Source of the DNA: Escherichia coli
GTDB taxonomy: Bacteria; Pseudomonadota; Gammaproteobacteria; Enterobacterales; Enterobacteriaceae
Assembly (NCBI RefSeq): GCF_024502345.1
Contig: NZ_JALDNN010000001.1
Length of the DNA: 64,000 nt
Reading direction: 5' to 3' (one strand)
A model generated the notes under the pieces. The model was not told the origin of the DNA, ran no database searches, and was given only the letters and a program-made list of their open reading frames with translations. The translations under genes were made by a program, and so were the position numbers. Position 1 is the stretch's first letter. Each line of letters begins with the position of its first letter. Of this stretch, positions 36,401-45,828 are shown in pieces.

Positions 36401-37161
36401 CCCCAGGCGATGATGTAGCTGGAGTTGTACCAGTCAGCAGATTCCGGTACGTCAGTTTGCTCGCCCCAGGTTTGCGGAGACGCAGGAGGCAGGTCGCAGT
36501 ACCAGTCGTAGAAGCTTAAGCAAGTACCGCCAATCAGCGAGAGATAGCGTGCACCCGATGCGTAAGAAACCATCGACATTGCCGGAATTGGCGAGAAACC
36601 AGCAACACGGTCCGGGCCGTAGTTTTTGATGGTGTAAACGTTAGATGCGGCGATCAGCTCGTTCACCTCCTGCCAGGAAGAACGAACAAAACCACCGCGT
36701 CCACGCGCCTGCTTAAAGCTTTTCGCTTTATCGGCGTCTTCAATGATAGAAGCCCATGCCTCAACCGGATCGCTATGCAGCGCCTTCGCTTCACGCCACA
36801 TTTTCATCAGGCGTTTGCGCATCATCGGGTATTTCAGGCGGTTGGCACTGTAAAGATACCAGGAGTAGCTGGCACCGCGCGGGCAGCCGCGAGGTTCATG
36901 GTTTGGCAGATCCGGACGGGTACGCGGATAGTCAGTCTGCTGGGTTTCCCAGGTGACCAGACCGTTTTTGACGTAGATTTTCCAGCTGCAGGAGCCGGTG
37001 CAGTTTACCCCGTGGGTAGAGCGGACGATTTTGTCATGCTGCCAACGCTGGCGATATCCATCCTCCCAGTCACGGTTGGTATTGAGAAGCTGGCCATGCC
37101 CATCGGCAAAGGTTTCACCCTTCTGTTTGAAGTAGCGAAACCGGTCCAGGAATTTACTCAT
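33418..37161 (-). CDS. narG: Respiratory nitrate reductase A alpha subunit (Mo-bisMGD)
   Basis: 1247 aa, N-terminal HxxxCxxxC...C FS0 cluster motif (HGVNCTGSCSWKIY). Confidence 0.98.
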   Translation of the reverse strand: MSKFLDRFRYFKQKGETFADGHGQLLNTNRDWEDGYRQRWQHDKIVRSTHGVNCTGSCSWKIYVKNGLVTWETQQTDYPRTRPDLPNHEPRGCPRGASYSWYLYSANRLKYPMMRKRLMKMWREAKALHSDPVEAWASIIEDADKAKSFKQARGRGGFVRSSWQEVNELIAASNVYTIKNYGPDRVAGFSPIPAMSMVSYASGARYLSLIGGTCLSFYDWYCDLPPASPQTWGEQTDVPESADWYNSSYIIAWGSNVPQTRTPDAHFFTEVRYKGTKTVAVTPDYAEIAKLCDLWLAPKQGTDAAMALAMGHVMLREFHLDNPSQYFTDYVRRYTDMPMLVMLEERDGYYAAGRMLRAADLVDALGQENNPEWKTVAFNTNGEMVAPNGSIGFRWGEKGKWNLEQRDGKTGEETELQLSLLGSQDEIAEVGFPYFGGDGTEHFNKVELENVLLHKLPVKRLQLADGSTALVTTVYDLTLANYGLERGLNDVNCATSYDDVKAYTPAWAEQITGVSRSQIIRIAREFADNADKTHGRSMIIVGAGLNHWYHLDMNYRGLINMLIFCGCVGQSGGGWAHYVGQEKLRPQTGWQPLAFALDWQRPARHMNSTSYFYNHSSQWRYETVTAEELLSPMADKSRYTGHLIDFNVRAERMGWLPSAPQLGTNPLTIAGEAEKAGMNPVDYTVKSLKEGSIRFAAEQPENGKNHPRNLFIWRSNLLGSSGKGHEFMLKYLLGTEHGIQGKDLGQQGGVKPEEVDWQDNGLEGKLDLVVTLDFRLSSTCLYSDIILPTATWYEKDDMNTSDMHPFIHPLSAAVDPAWEAKSDWEIYKAIAKKFSEVCVGHLGKETDIVTLPIQHDSAAELAQPLDVKDWKKGECDLIPGKTAPHIMVVERDYPATYERFTSIGPLMEKIGNGGKGIAWNTQSEMDLLRKLNYTKAEGPAKGQPMLNTAIDAAEMILTLAPETNGQVAVKAWAALSEFTGRDHTHLALNKEDEKIRFRDIQAQPRKIISSPTWSGLEDEHVSYNAGYTNVHELIPWRTLSGRQQLYQDHQWMRDFGESLLVYRPPIDTRSVKEVIGQKSNGNPEKALNFLTPHQKWGIHSTYSDNLLMLTLGRGGPVVWLSEADAKDLGIADNDWIEVFNSNGALTARAVVSQRVPAGMTMMYHAQERIVNLPGSEITQQRGGIHNSVTRITPKPTHMIGGYAHLAYGFNYYGTVGSNRDEFVVVRKMKNIDWLDGEGNDQVQESVK

Positions 37162-37252
37162 CGGTTTTCTCCTGTGGGAGCCTGTCGGCCCTCTGATAAA
37201 TCGACATTGCTAATGTTTAAGGGCAAGGTAACGCTCTGAAACAGCGTGGGAA

Positions 37253-37266
37253 TTGATAACGATCAA
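37253..37266 (-). promoter_or_regulatory. FNR box of narG promoter
   Basis: Perfect TTGAT-N4-ATCAA (TTGATAACGATCAA) about 92-105 bp upstream of narG ATG. Confidence 0.85.
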
Positions 37267-37399
37267 GAGTGATGGGGATGAAAAATAAAGTAAATTCCTA
37301 AGGTACCCCTTTAGGATAATTAACAGTTACAGCATAACATACTGTAAATTAAGACGTTTTATACCTGTAGTTATTTAAACTATTAAGATTTTTATGCAA

Positions 37400-37416
37400 A
37401 TGGGTATTAAGGAGTA
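37400..37416 (-). promoter_or_regulatory. Distal NarL heptamer pair of narG promoter (about -200)
   Basis: Minus-strand TACTCCTTAATACCCAT (two TACYYMT-like heptamers) about 150 bp upstream of FNR box. Confidence 0.7.
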
Positions 37417-37511
37417 TTCCCCATGGGTAACATATTAATGGCTCTTAATGAAATCCGGTGATGCTGCCAACTTACTGATTTAGTGTATGATGGTGTTTTT
37501 GAGGTGCTCCA

Positions 37512-37787
37512 GTGGCTTCTGTTTCTATCAGCTGTCCCTCCTGTTCAGCTACTGACGGGGTGGTGCGTAACGGCAAAAGCACCGCCGGACATCAGCGCTA
37601 TCTCTGCTCTCACTGCCGTAAAACATGGCAACTGCAGTTCACTTACACCGCTTCTCAACCCGGTACGCACCAGAAAATCATTGATATGGCCATGAATGGC
37701 GTTGGATGCCGGGCAACCGCCCGCATTATGGGCGTTGGCCTCAACACGATTTTCCGCCATTTAAAAAACTCAGGCCGCAGTCGGTAA
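37512..37787 (+). CDS. insA: IS1 InsA transposition repressor
   Basis: 91 aa [42 protein letters not shown]... Confidence 0.95.
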   Translation: MASVSISCPSCSATDGVVRNGKSTAGHQRYLCSHCRKTWQLQFTYTASQPGTHQKIIDMAMNGVGCRATARIMGVGLNTIFRHLKNSGRSR

Positions 37788-38209
37788 CCTCGCGCATACA
37801 GCCGGGCAGTGACGTCATCGTCTGCGCGGAAATGGACGAACAGTGGGGATACGTCGGGGCTAAATCGCGCCAGCGCTGGCTGTTTTACGCGTATGACAGG
37901 CTCCGGAAGACGGTTGTTGCGCACGTATTCGGTGAACGCACTATGGCGACGCTGGGGCGTCTTATGAGCCTGCTGTCACCCTTTGACGTGGTGATATGGA
38001 TGACGGATGGCTGGCCGCTGTATGAATCCCGCCTGAAGGGAAAGCTGCACGTAATCAGCAAGCGATATACGCAGCGAATTGAGCGGCATAACCTGAATCT
38101 GAGGCAGCACCTGGCACGGCTGGGACGGAAGTCGCTGTCGTTCTCAAAATCGGTGGAGCTGCATGACAAAGTCATCGGGCATTATCTGAACATAAAACAC
38201 TATCAATAA
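37706..38209 (+). CDS. insB: IS1 InsB (transposase C-terminal frame; InsAB' by -1 frameshift)
   Basis: 167 aa [25 protein letters not shown]...NIKHYQ. Confidence 0.93.
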   Translation: MPGNRPHYGRWPQHDFPPFKKLRPQSVTSRIQPGSDVIVCAEMDEQWGYVGAKSRQRWLFYAYDRLRKTVVAHVFGERTMATLGRLMSLLSPFDVVIWMTDGWPLYESRLKGKLHVISKRYTQRIERHNLNLRQHLARLGRKSLSFSKSVELHDKVIGHYLNIKHYQ

Positions 38210-38330
38210 GTTGGAGTCATTACCATGAAATCCGGCGAAATAAACCATATAACATTAGTATGTTGTAACTAAATGACGCATAAAAAAAGCGCGACATCAT
38301 GCCGCGCAAAGGATAATCAAATATTAAGAT

Positions 38331-39722
38331 TTATTTTTTAGAATGCCGACCATATACCGCCCAGGTAATCACTACGCAGGCGATATAGAAAATCAAAAAT
38401 ACCTTCATTGCGCCGACTGGCGAACCCGTTAATGCCAGCGAGCTACCAAACGCTTTCGGGATAAAGAAGCCACCAATCGCGCCAATCGCAGAGATGAAAC
38501 CCAGCGCCGCCGCCGTGTCGGTTGCCGCTTCACGCATCGCACGTTCGTCAGAACCCCCTTCTGCTTTCACGCGATCCATTGTCAGTTTACGGAAGATCAC
38601 TGAAATCATCTGGAAAGTGGAACCACTACCCAGCCCAGCTGTCAGGAACAGCGCCAGGAAGACCGCGAAGAACGCCATGAAGCTTCCGCCCTGCCCGTCA
38701 GTTGGTAAGGTCAGGAACAGCAGGCCGCTGAAAATCGCCATCAGAATAAAGTTCACCAGCGTGACACGAGTTCCGCCCAGACGGTCAGATAATGCACCAC
38801 CTGCAGAACGCGCCAGCGCACCAATAAACGGCCCGAAGAAAGCGTATTGCAGAATCTGAACATCCGGGAACTGCGTTTTTGACAGCATTGCAAAGCCCGC
38901 GGAGAAGCCGATGAAGGAGCCGAAGGTTGCCAGATACAGCAGGCTCATAATCCACAGATGACCCCGTTTGAGTACCGGCAACTGCTCCTTGATGGAGGCT
39001 TTCGAGGTAGCAAGATCGTTCATGCCAAACCACGCCGCAATGGTGAAGATGGCAAGGAACGGCACCCATATCCAGGACGCATTCGCCAGATACAGCTCAG
39101 TCCCATCCGGCTGTTTGACGCCCTGGCTACCAAATACTGCGAAAATCGACAGTGATACCACCAGCGGAGCAACCAACTGCATGACGCTGACGCCCATGTT
39201 TCCCAGACCACCATTCAGACCCAGCGCGCCACCCTGCTTTTGTTTCGGAAAGAAGAAGCTGATGTTTGCCATACTGGATGCGAAGTTCGCGCCAGCAAAG
39301 CCGCATAGCAGAGAGATGATGATGAAGACGCTATAAGGCGTGGAGGTATCCTGCACGGCAAAACCCAGCCAGACGCAAGGAATAATCAGAATACCGGTGC
39401 TGAACGCCGTCCAGCGACGACCACCGAAGATAGGAACCATAAAGGAGTATGGAACACGTAATAACGCGCCAGAAACCGAAGGCAGCGCAGTCAACATAAA
39501 TAGCTGATCGGTCGTAAAATTAAAACCGACTTTCGGTAAGTTCACCGCAACAGCGCTGAACAACATCCATACGCAAAACGCCAGCAGCAGACAGGGAACG
39601 GAAACCCACAGGTTGCGGCTGGCAATACGTTGACCGCGTTGTTGCCAGAACGCAGGATCTTCCGGTCGCCAATCTGTAATGACAGCTCCAGTAGCCCTTT
39701 CGGGGGCGGATGAGTGACTCAT
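38331..39722 (-). CDS. narK: Nitrate/nitrite antiporter NarK (MFS)
   Basis: 463 aa from MSHSSAPERATGAVITDW...; ORF track 39728 start is a 2-codon extension. Confidence 0.96.
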   Translation of the reverse strand: MSHSSAPERATGAVITDWRPEDPAFWQQRGQRIASRNLWVSVPCLLLAFCVWMLFSAVAVNLPKVGFNFTTDQLFMLTALPSVSGALLRVPYSFMVPIFGGRRWTAFSTGILIIPCVWLGFAVQDTSTPYSVFIIISLLCGFAGANFASSMANISFFFPKQKQGGALGLNGGLGNMGVSVMQLVAPLVVSLSIFAVFGSQGVKQPDGTELYLANASWIWVPFLAIFTIAAWFGMNDLATSKASIKEQLPVLKRGHLWIMSLLYLATFGSFIGFSAGFAMLSKTQFPDVQILQYAFFGPFIGALARSAGGALSDRLGGTRVTLVNFILMAIFSGLLFLTLPTDGQGGSFMAFFAVFLALFLTAGLGSGSTFQMISVIFRKLTMDRVKAEGGSDERAMREAATDTAAALGFISAIGAIGGFFIPKAFGSSLALTGSPVGAMKVFLIFYIACVVITWAVYGRHSKK

Positions 39723-39781
39723 AGACACCTCTGATACTCGTTTCGATGTCTGCCACCTTAGTGTCTGTAGCTAAAGGCAAT

Positions 39782-39795
39782 TTGATGTAAATCAA
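39782..39795 (-). promoter_or_regulatory. FNR box of narK promoter (proximal)
   Basis: Perfect TTGATGTAAATCAA about 60-73 bp upstream of narK ATG; second near-consensus box TTGATATTTATCAT at 39821-39834, spaced 39 bp. Confidence 0.8.
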
Positions 39796-40060
39796 ACGAT
39801 AAGATAACTTTATCTATCATTGATATTTATCATTACCCATAGTGAGTACAGTGATTTCATAAAAATTATGAGATTTTTCACGGTGCTGTAAAATCCCTAC
39901 CCTTACCGATGTAAAGCGACTAACCACACGGCAAATAAGGAGTAACTCTTTCCGGGTATGGGTATACTTCAGCCAATAGCCGAGAATACTGCCATTCCAG
40001 AATGTATCGTCACATTCATTAAGGTTATTGCTCTTTTAAAGCCTGAAGGAAGAGGTTTAC

Positions 40061-41857
40061 ATGCTTAAACGTTGTCTCTCTCCGCTCACCCTGGTTAATC
40101 AGGTTGCGCTTATTGTGTTGCTTTCTACTGCTATTGGACTGGCAGGGATGGCGGTTTCTGGCTGGCTGGTGCAAGGCGTTCAGGGCAGCGCCCATGCAAT
40201 CAACAAAGCGGGATCGCTGCGCATGCAAAGTTACCGTCTGCTGGCAGCAGTGCCATTAAGCGAGAAAGACAAGCCCTTAATTAAAGAGATGGAACAAACA
40301 GCATTTAGCGCCGAGTTAACCCGAGCAGCAGAACGAGACGGACAACTGGCGCAATTACAGGGTTTACAAGATTACTGGCGTAATGAACTGATCCCTGCGC
40401 TAATGCGTGCACAAAACCGCGAAACGGTGTCAGCGGATGTCAGCCAGTTTGTTGCCGGGCTTGATCAACTGGTATCTGGTTTTGACCGCACCACGGAAAT
40501 GCGCATTGAGACAGTGGTGCTGGTCCATCGGGTAATGGCGGTATTTATGGCACTTTTACTGGTGTTCACTATTATCTGGTTGCGGGCGCGACTGCTACAA
40601 CCGTGGCGGCAATTGCTGACAATGGCGAGTGCCGTCAGTCATCGCGATTTTACCCAACGCGCAAACATCAGCGGGCGCAACGAAATGGCGATGCTTGGAA
40701 CTGCATTGAACAATATGTCTGCAGAACTGGCCGAAAGTTATGCCGTACTTGAGCAGCGGGTTCAGGAGAAAACCGCCGGGCTGGAGCATAAAAATCAGAT
40801 CCTCTCTTTTTTATGGCAGGCTAACCGCCGTTTGCATTCCCGCGCCCCGCTGTGTGAACGCCTGTCACCTGTACTCAACGGCTTACAGAATTTAACCCTG
40901 CTACGTGATATCGAATTGCGGGTGTATGACACTGATGATGAAGAGAATCATCAGGAGTTTACCTGCCAGCCAGATATGACTTGTGATGATAAAGGCTGCC
41001 AGCTCTGCCCGCGCGGCGTATTACCCGTTGGTGATCGCGGCACGACCCTGAAGTGGCGGCTGGCTGACTCTCATACGCAGTACGGTATTTTGCTGGCGAC
41101 CCTGCCGCAGGGGCGTCATCTTAGCCATGATCAACAACAACTGGTGGATACCCTGGTTGAACAACTCACCGCCACGCTGGCGCTGGATCGCCATCAGGAA
41201 CGTCAGCAACAGTTGATCGTGATGGAAGAGCGTGCCACCATTGCGCGCGAACTGCATGATTCTATTGCCCAATCTCTCTCTTGCATGAAGATGCAGGTGA
41301 GTTGTTTACAGATGCAGGGCGATGCGCTGCCAGAAAGCAGCCGCGAACTGTTAAGTCAGATCCGTAACGAACTGAATGCATCCTGGGCGCAGTTGCGTGA
41401 ATTGCTCACCACATTCCGCTTGCAGCTCACCGAGCCTGGATTACGTCCGGCGCTGGAGGCGAGTTGCGAAGAGTACAGCGCCAAATTTGGCTTCCCGGTG
41501 AAGCTGGATTATCAATTGCCGCCTCGTCTGGTGCCTTCACATCAGGCAATCCACTTGTTGCAAATTGCCCGTGAGGCATTAAGTAACGCCCTCAAACATT
41601 CGCAAGCGAGTGAGGTCGTGGTGACGGTGGCGCAAAACGATAATCAGGTCAAACTGACCGTCCAGGATAACGGCTGCGGCGTGCCTGAAAATGCCATCCG
41701 CAGCAATCACTACGGCATGATAATAATGCGCGACCGTGCGCAAAGTTTACGAGGCGATTGCCGCGTCCGCCGTCGTGAATCAGGTGGCACCGAAGTGGTG
41801 GTCACCTTTATTCCCGAAAAAACTTTCACAGACGTCCAAGGAGATACCCATGAGTAA
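40061..41857 (+). CDS. narX: Nitrate/nitrite sensor histidine kinase NarX
   Basis: 598 aa, two TM segments, P-box, HAMP, H-box ELHDSIAQ, HATPase. Confidence 0.97.
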
Positions 41858-42500
41858 TCAGGAACCGGCTACTATCCTGCTGATCGACGATCACCCGATG
41901 CTGCGAACTGGCGTAAAACAGCTTATCAGTATGGCACCAGATATCACCGTGGTTGGCGAAGCGAGTAATGGCGAACAGGGTATTGAACTGGCGGAGTCTC
42001 TTGATCCCGATCTGATCCTGTTAGATCTCAATATGCCCGGCATGAACGGTCTGGAAACGCTGGATAAACTGCGCGAAAAGTCCCTCTCAGGGCGCATTGT
42101 GGTATTCAGCGTCTCTAACCATGAAGAAGATGTGGTCACCGCACTGAAACGCGGCGCGGATGGTTATCTGTTAAAAGATATGGAACCGGAAGATCTGCTG
42201 AAAGCATTGCATCAGGCAGCTGCTGGCGAAATGGTATTAAGCGAAGCATTAACGCCTGTTCTGGCCGCCAGCTTGCGCGCTAACCGTGCCACTACTGAGC
42301 GCGATGTTAACCAGTTAACCCCACGCGAGCGCGATATTCTCAAGCTGATTGCCCAGGGTTTGCCGAACAAGATGATTGCCCGCCGCCTGGATATCACCGA
42401 AAGCACAGTAAAAGTGCACGTCAAGCACATGCTGAAGAAAATGAAGCTCAAGTCTCGCGTGGAAGCAGCGGTATGGGTGCATCAGGAGCGCATTTTCTGA
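41850..42500 (+). CDS. narL: Nitrate/nitrite response regulator NarL
   Basis: 216 aa from [18 protein letters not shown]..., LuxR-type HTH; overlaps narX end by 8 nt; ORF track 41736 start is an extension. Confidence 0.97.
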
Positions 42501-43895
42501 TTACGGTTCCCAGCGCAGTTCGTCGTTTGACAATGCATCGAACGGTTCGACAAGCGTTAGCGTGATCTCATTGGAGGAGACACGCTGCCCCTGGTTATCT
42601 TCCACCACCACCGACAATCGCCAGTGATTGCTCGCCCCTTCCCCGTTCTGCCAGTCAGGCATGATCAGCGTCCAGCCCTCCGCGCTGTTGGCTTGTGCGC
42701 CCGGCGTCAAACTTAATATCTGCGTATCGCCCTGCCAAATCAGTTGCCGAATACCGTAACGACTGCGGATTTGTAATTTCAGCGGCACTGTTTCGCCAGG
42801 TTTTAGATCCCACGGCGGTGTCGCCAGAAACACCGTTAACGTTTTTCGCTGTCGGTACTCAAGAGTCGGTAGATTATTTCGCTGCGGATTATCATAGCGA
42901 CTACCACGTAACGACTGACTTTCGGCAACCTCGCCCGCAGAAAGTTGTTTTTTGAGCGGTACACCAAAGCGGTAATTAAGATTCAGTCCGAGGTTATTTT
43001 GATTTTCGCCACTTTCACCCTGTTTATGCTGGGCCGTCACAGTGACTAATAGCACAGGGGTGTAATTTAATCCCAGACTCAACGCGACGGGATTGTGATA
43101 ACCCGTACCAGAGTTAAACAAATCAACACGCTCACCAAAATACTGTTCTACCCTGACACTGGTATTGAGGTGTTGATAGAACGGCATGCGCATCCGGGCT
43201 GTCAGGTCATACCCGCGCGCCATCCGTTGTTCCTGCGTGGCTGTCTGTTCATGCCATGCAGCAAACGGCTGATAAAAGTTTGCCGATAGTCGCAAATATT
43301 CGCCCCACGCTTCGGCACCAAAGCCCGCTCGCTGAAGATTTTCGTCCAGCAAGTTGTCATAAAAAGTGTTATAACCCACCAGCCAGTTGCCGCGCGCCCA
43401 GCGTTGCCCAACGCCCACATTGCTCACCAACCCATCATCCTGCTGAGTAAGACCAAGCTGGCTCCAGGTGAGATAACGATCATTATCTTGTAACGGCACA
43501 AACCAGCTTCCACGACTGCCGGTGAAATGTCCTTCGTTATCCACTTTGACGTCAACACTGGCATTTCCCCACGGTGATAGCCAGGACTCTACGTGCTGAT
43601 TAACCTGTTGACTAAGCGCGTCGCGGACTTTTCCCAATGCGAAAGCTTTTGCCTGCTCGCCAGTATCCAGCCCGTTATCATTCATACTGGTTTCGCCGAA
43701 ATCTTTCACAATTTCAGCAAAGTGTTTTTCCCCATCATGATTTTCGGGAGCCATGCCTAAATCCGGCAGACCATCATTGTTATTATCAAAGGGATTTGCC
43801 GCTTTTTGCTCGAAGGTAGATTGTGCGTTAGCTGTACCGCCTGCTACAAGCAAGAGTAAATAAAACGGGATAATGCGAGGAACGAAACGGCTCAA
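42501..43895 (-). CDS. ychO: Invasin/intimin-like outer membrane protein YchO (start uncertain)
   Basis: 464 aa ORF with N-terminal signal peptide MSRFVPRIIPFYLLLLVAGGTANA; stop abuts narL stop. Confidence 0.8.
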   Translation of the reverse strand: MSRFVPRIIPFYLLLLVAGGTANAQSTFEQKAANPFDNNNDGLPDLGMAPENHDGEKHFAEIVKDFGETSMNDNGLDTGEQAKAFALGKVRDALSQQVNQHVESWLSPWGNASVDVKVDNEGHFTGSRGSWFVPLQDNDRYLTWSQLGLTQQDDGLVSNVGVGQRWARGNWLVGYNTFYDNLLDENLQRAGFGAEAWGEYLRLSANFYQPFAAWHEQTATQEQRMARGYDLTARMRMPFYQHLNTSVRVEQYFGERVDLFNSGTGYHNPVALSLGLNYTPVLLVTVTAQHKQGESGENQNNLGLNLNYRFGVPLKKQLSAGEVAESQSLRGSRYDNPQRNNLPTLEYRQRKTLTVFLATPPWDLKPGETVPLKLQIRSRYGIRQLIWQGDTQILSLTPGAQANSAEGWTLIMPDWQNGEGASNHWRLSVVVEDNQGQRVSSNEITLTLVEPFDALSNDELRWEP

Positions 43896-43921
43896 AACGT
43901 CGGTAACTTCCGGTAATAATG

Positions 43922-43956
<35 letters not shown>

Positions 43957-43957
43957 A

Positions 43958-44061
<104 letters not shown>

Positions 44062-44078
44062 GAATACAGGAGTAAATA

Positions 44079-44432
44079 ATGCAAAAAATCGTGATCGTTG
44101 CCAATGGCGCACCTTACGGGAGCGAATCCTTGTTTAACAGCTTGCGGCTGGCCATTGCGTTACGAGAGCAGGAGAGCAATCTGGATCTGCGTCTGTTCCT
44201 CATGTCTGATGCGGTCACAGCCGGGTTGCGCGGGCAAAAACCAGGGGAAGGCTACAACATTCAGCAAATGCTGGAGATCCTTACCGCTCAGAATGTACCG
44301 GTGAAATTGTGCAAAACCTGTACCGACGGGCGCGGGATTAGTACACTTCCTCTGATTGATGGGGTGGAAATCGGTACTCTTGTGGAACTGGCGCAATGGA
44401 CGCTGTCAGCCGATAAAGTGCTCACATTTTAA
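44079..44432 (+). CDS. ychN: DsrE/DsrF-like protein YchN
   Basis: 117 aa, AGGAG RBS. Confidence 0.9.
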   Translation: MQKIVIVANGAPYGSESLFNSLRLAIALREQESNLDLRLFLMSDAVTAGLRGQKPGEGYNIQQMLEILTAQNVPVKLCKTCTDGRGISTLPLIDGVEIGTLVELAQWTLSADKVLTF

Positions 44433-44475
44433 TGTTTGAGGGGGCGTCTGACGCCCCACTATGCGGGAAGTTTAC

Positions 44476-45171
44476 TCAGGCGAATCCCGGACGTAACACA
44501 CCATCCGGAAAATTCTCCGCCAGCAGTTTTTTTACCGATACCAGCAAATCATTCAGCCCATCGTCCTGCATTCCCAGTTTGATAAGCTCCTGTTCCAGTG
44601 AAAACAGGTATTGTGCGTTGGTTCCCAGCGGACCGCTCGCCGCCGCAATCAACGGCGCGATGACCTGAGCGCGAGTATCAGATTCATATTCTGGATGTCG
44701 CGGATCCATAATAAACACAATGGCGTTTACTGTGCGTCCATCATCAAGATCAAGCTGACACCAGGTTGGCAGATAACAGCCGGTAATCATCTCTCGCTTC
44801 CACAACAAGGTTAGTTCCTGCTCCAGCGTCTCTTCTGGCAGTCGATAGGCGACGCCTGTGGTGCGTCCGCCCTCTTTCAGTGCAAGCATCCGTCCCGGCT
44901 GGTGCGCAGTCCCGCGCCCGGCGGTCAGGCGCAGGCAAAATGCGCGATGCCATCCAACCAGTGTACCGGTGCACGATTCGGTAAACTCCAGTGCCGGATT
45001 CCACATCAACGATCCATAGCCGAAGATCCACACCGGTTCCTCATCAGGTCGACAAGCCAGCGTCGCCGCCAGCGAAGCCGCCCGTTGTTCTGCTGACCAT
45101 AAGAGTGATTCTTCAATGGCACCAAATGCCGTTTTACAATCGGCATTCATCAAGAAATCACGCGTTATCAC
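44476..45171 (-). CDS. chaC: Glutathione-specific gamma-glutamylcyclotransferase ChaC
   Basis: 231 aa from GTG (MITRDFLMNADCKT...), contains YGSL motif; ORF track 45207 start is an extension. Confidence 0.88.
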   Translation of the reverse strand: MITRDFLMNADCKTAFGAIEESLLWSAEQRAASLAATLACRPDEEPVWIFGYGSLMWNPALEFTESCTGTLVGWHRAFCLRLTAGRGTAHQPGRMLALKEGGRTTGVAYRLPEETLEQELTLLWKREMITGCYLPTWCQLDLDDGRTVNAIVFIMDPRHPEYESDTRAQVIAPLIAAASGPLGTNAQYLFSLEQELIKLGMQDDGLNDLLVSVKKLLAENFPDGVLRPGFA

Positions 45172-45328
45172 CTTACACCTCCGCCACTGCATACTTCCCT
45201 GCGACAACTTTTTGGTGTCTTCCGGACATTTTTACTGCTCATTTTGAAACCACTAACGGGACAATATGCAATCCACGGACCACTTGCAAGGCAACACCGC
45301 ACGAATAGCTTTAACTAAGCTACCGGTT

Positions 45329-45559
45329 TTACGATTTTTTATGCCATTTATCATCATCCCCTTTGGCATATTCATGCTTCACAGCAGCCCAGGCCACTTT
45401 ATGCGCGGTTTCTTCGCGACTGGCGTCATCACGCCGATCTTCTTTATCTTTATATTGATCCCATGCGCTGTTGAACGCTTCTTTATAGATATCCTGGGCA
45501 TGAGACGGTAGAACGTGCTTTACGCTTTCCGGCAGGTCGCTTTTCGTTTTATACGGCAT
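45329..45559 (-). CDS. chaB: Cation transport regulator ChaB
   Basis: 76 aa MPYKTKSDLPESVKHVLPSHAQDIYKEAFNSAWDQYK... Confidence 0.92.
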   Translation of the reverse strand: MPYKTKSDLPESVKHVLPSHAQDIYKEAFNSAWDQYKDKEDRRDDASREETAHKVAWAAVKHEYAKGDDDKWHKKS

Positions 45560-45828
45560 CGTTGACTCCTTTTACAAAGTTGAACATTAAGTGTGGTCAA
45601 CAATATCTACTCTTGCCAAAACATAAGAATTTTCATGTCAGACTGTTCTTAAGAAACGCTAAAACAAACATTGTCTAAACGTATTACTTATTTTTATGCC
45701 TCAATGAGTAAAAAATCGACAACGGGGTAAAAATTCGTAAAATGTTACCGATATCCAGACACTTTCTGTTATTTTTCCTACCTATTTTTTACATTTTCGA
45801 TAAATTCATCTGCAAAGGGATAACCATA

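Larger units (their letters stand above)
37457..38224 (+). mobile_element. IS1 insertion sequence, complete (768 bp)
   Basis: Ends GGTGATGCTGCCAACTTACTGAT and (rc) GGTAATGACTCCAACTTATTGAT; insA and insB frames; A6C frameshift motif at 37763-37769; flanked by 9-bp direct repeat ATGAAATCC (37448-37456 and 38225-38233). Confidence 0.97.
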
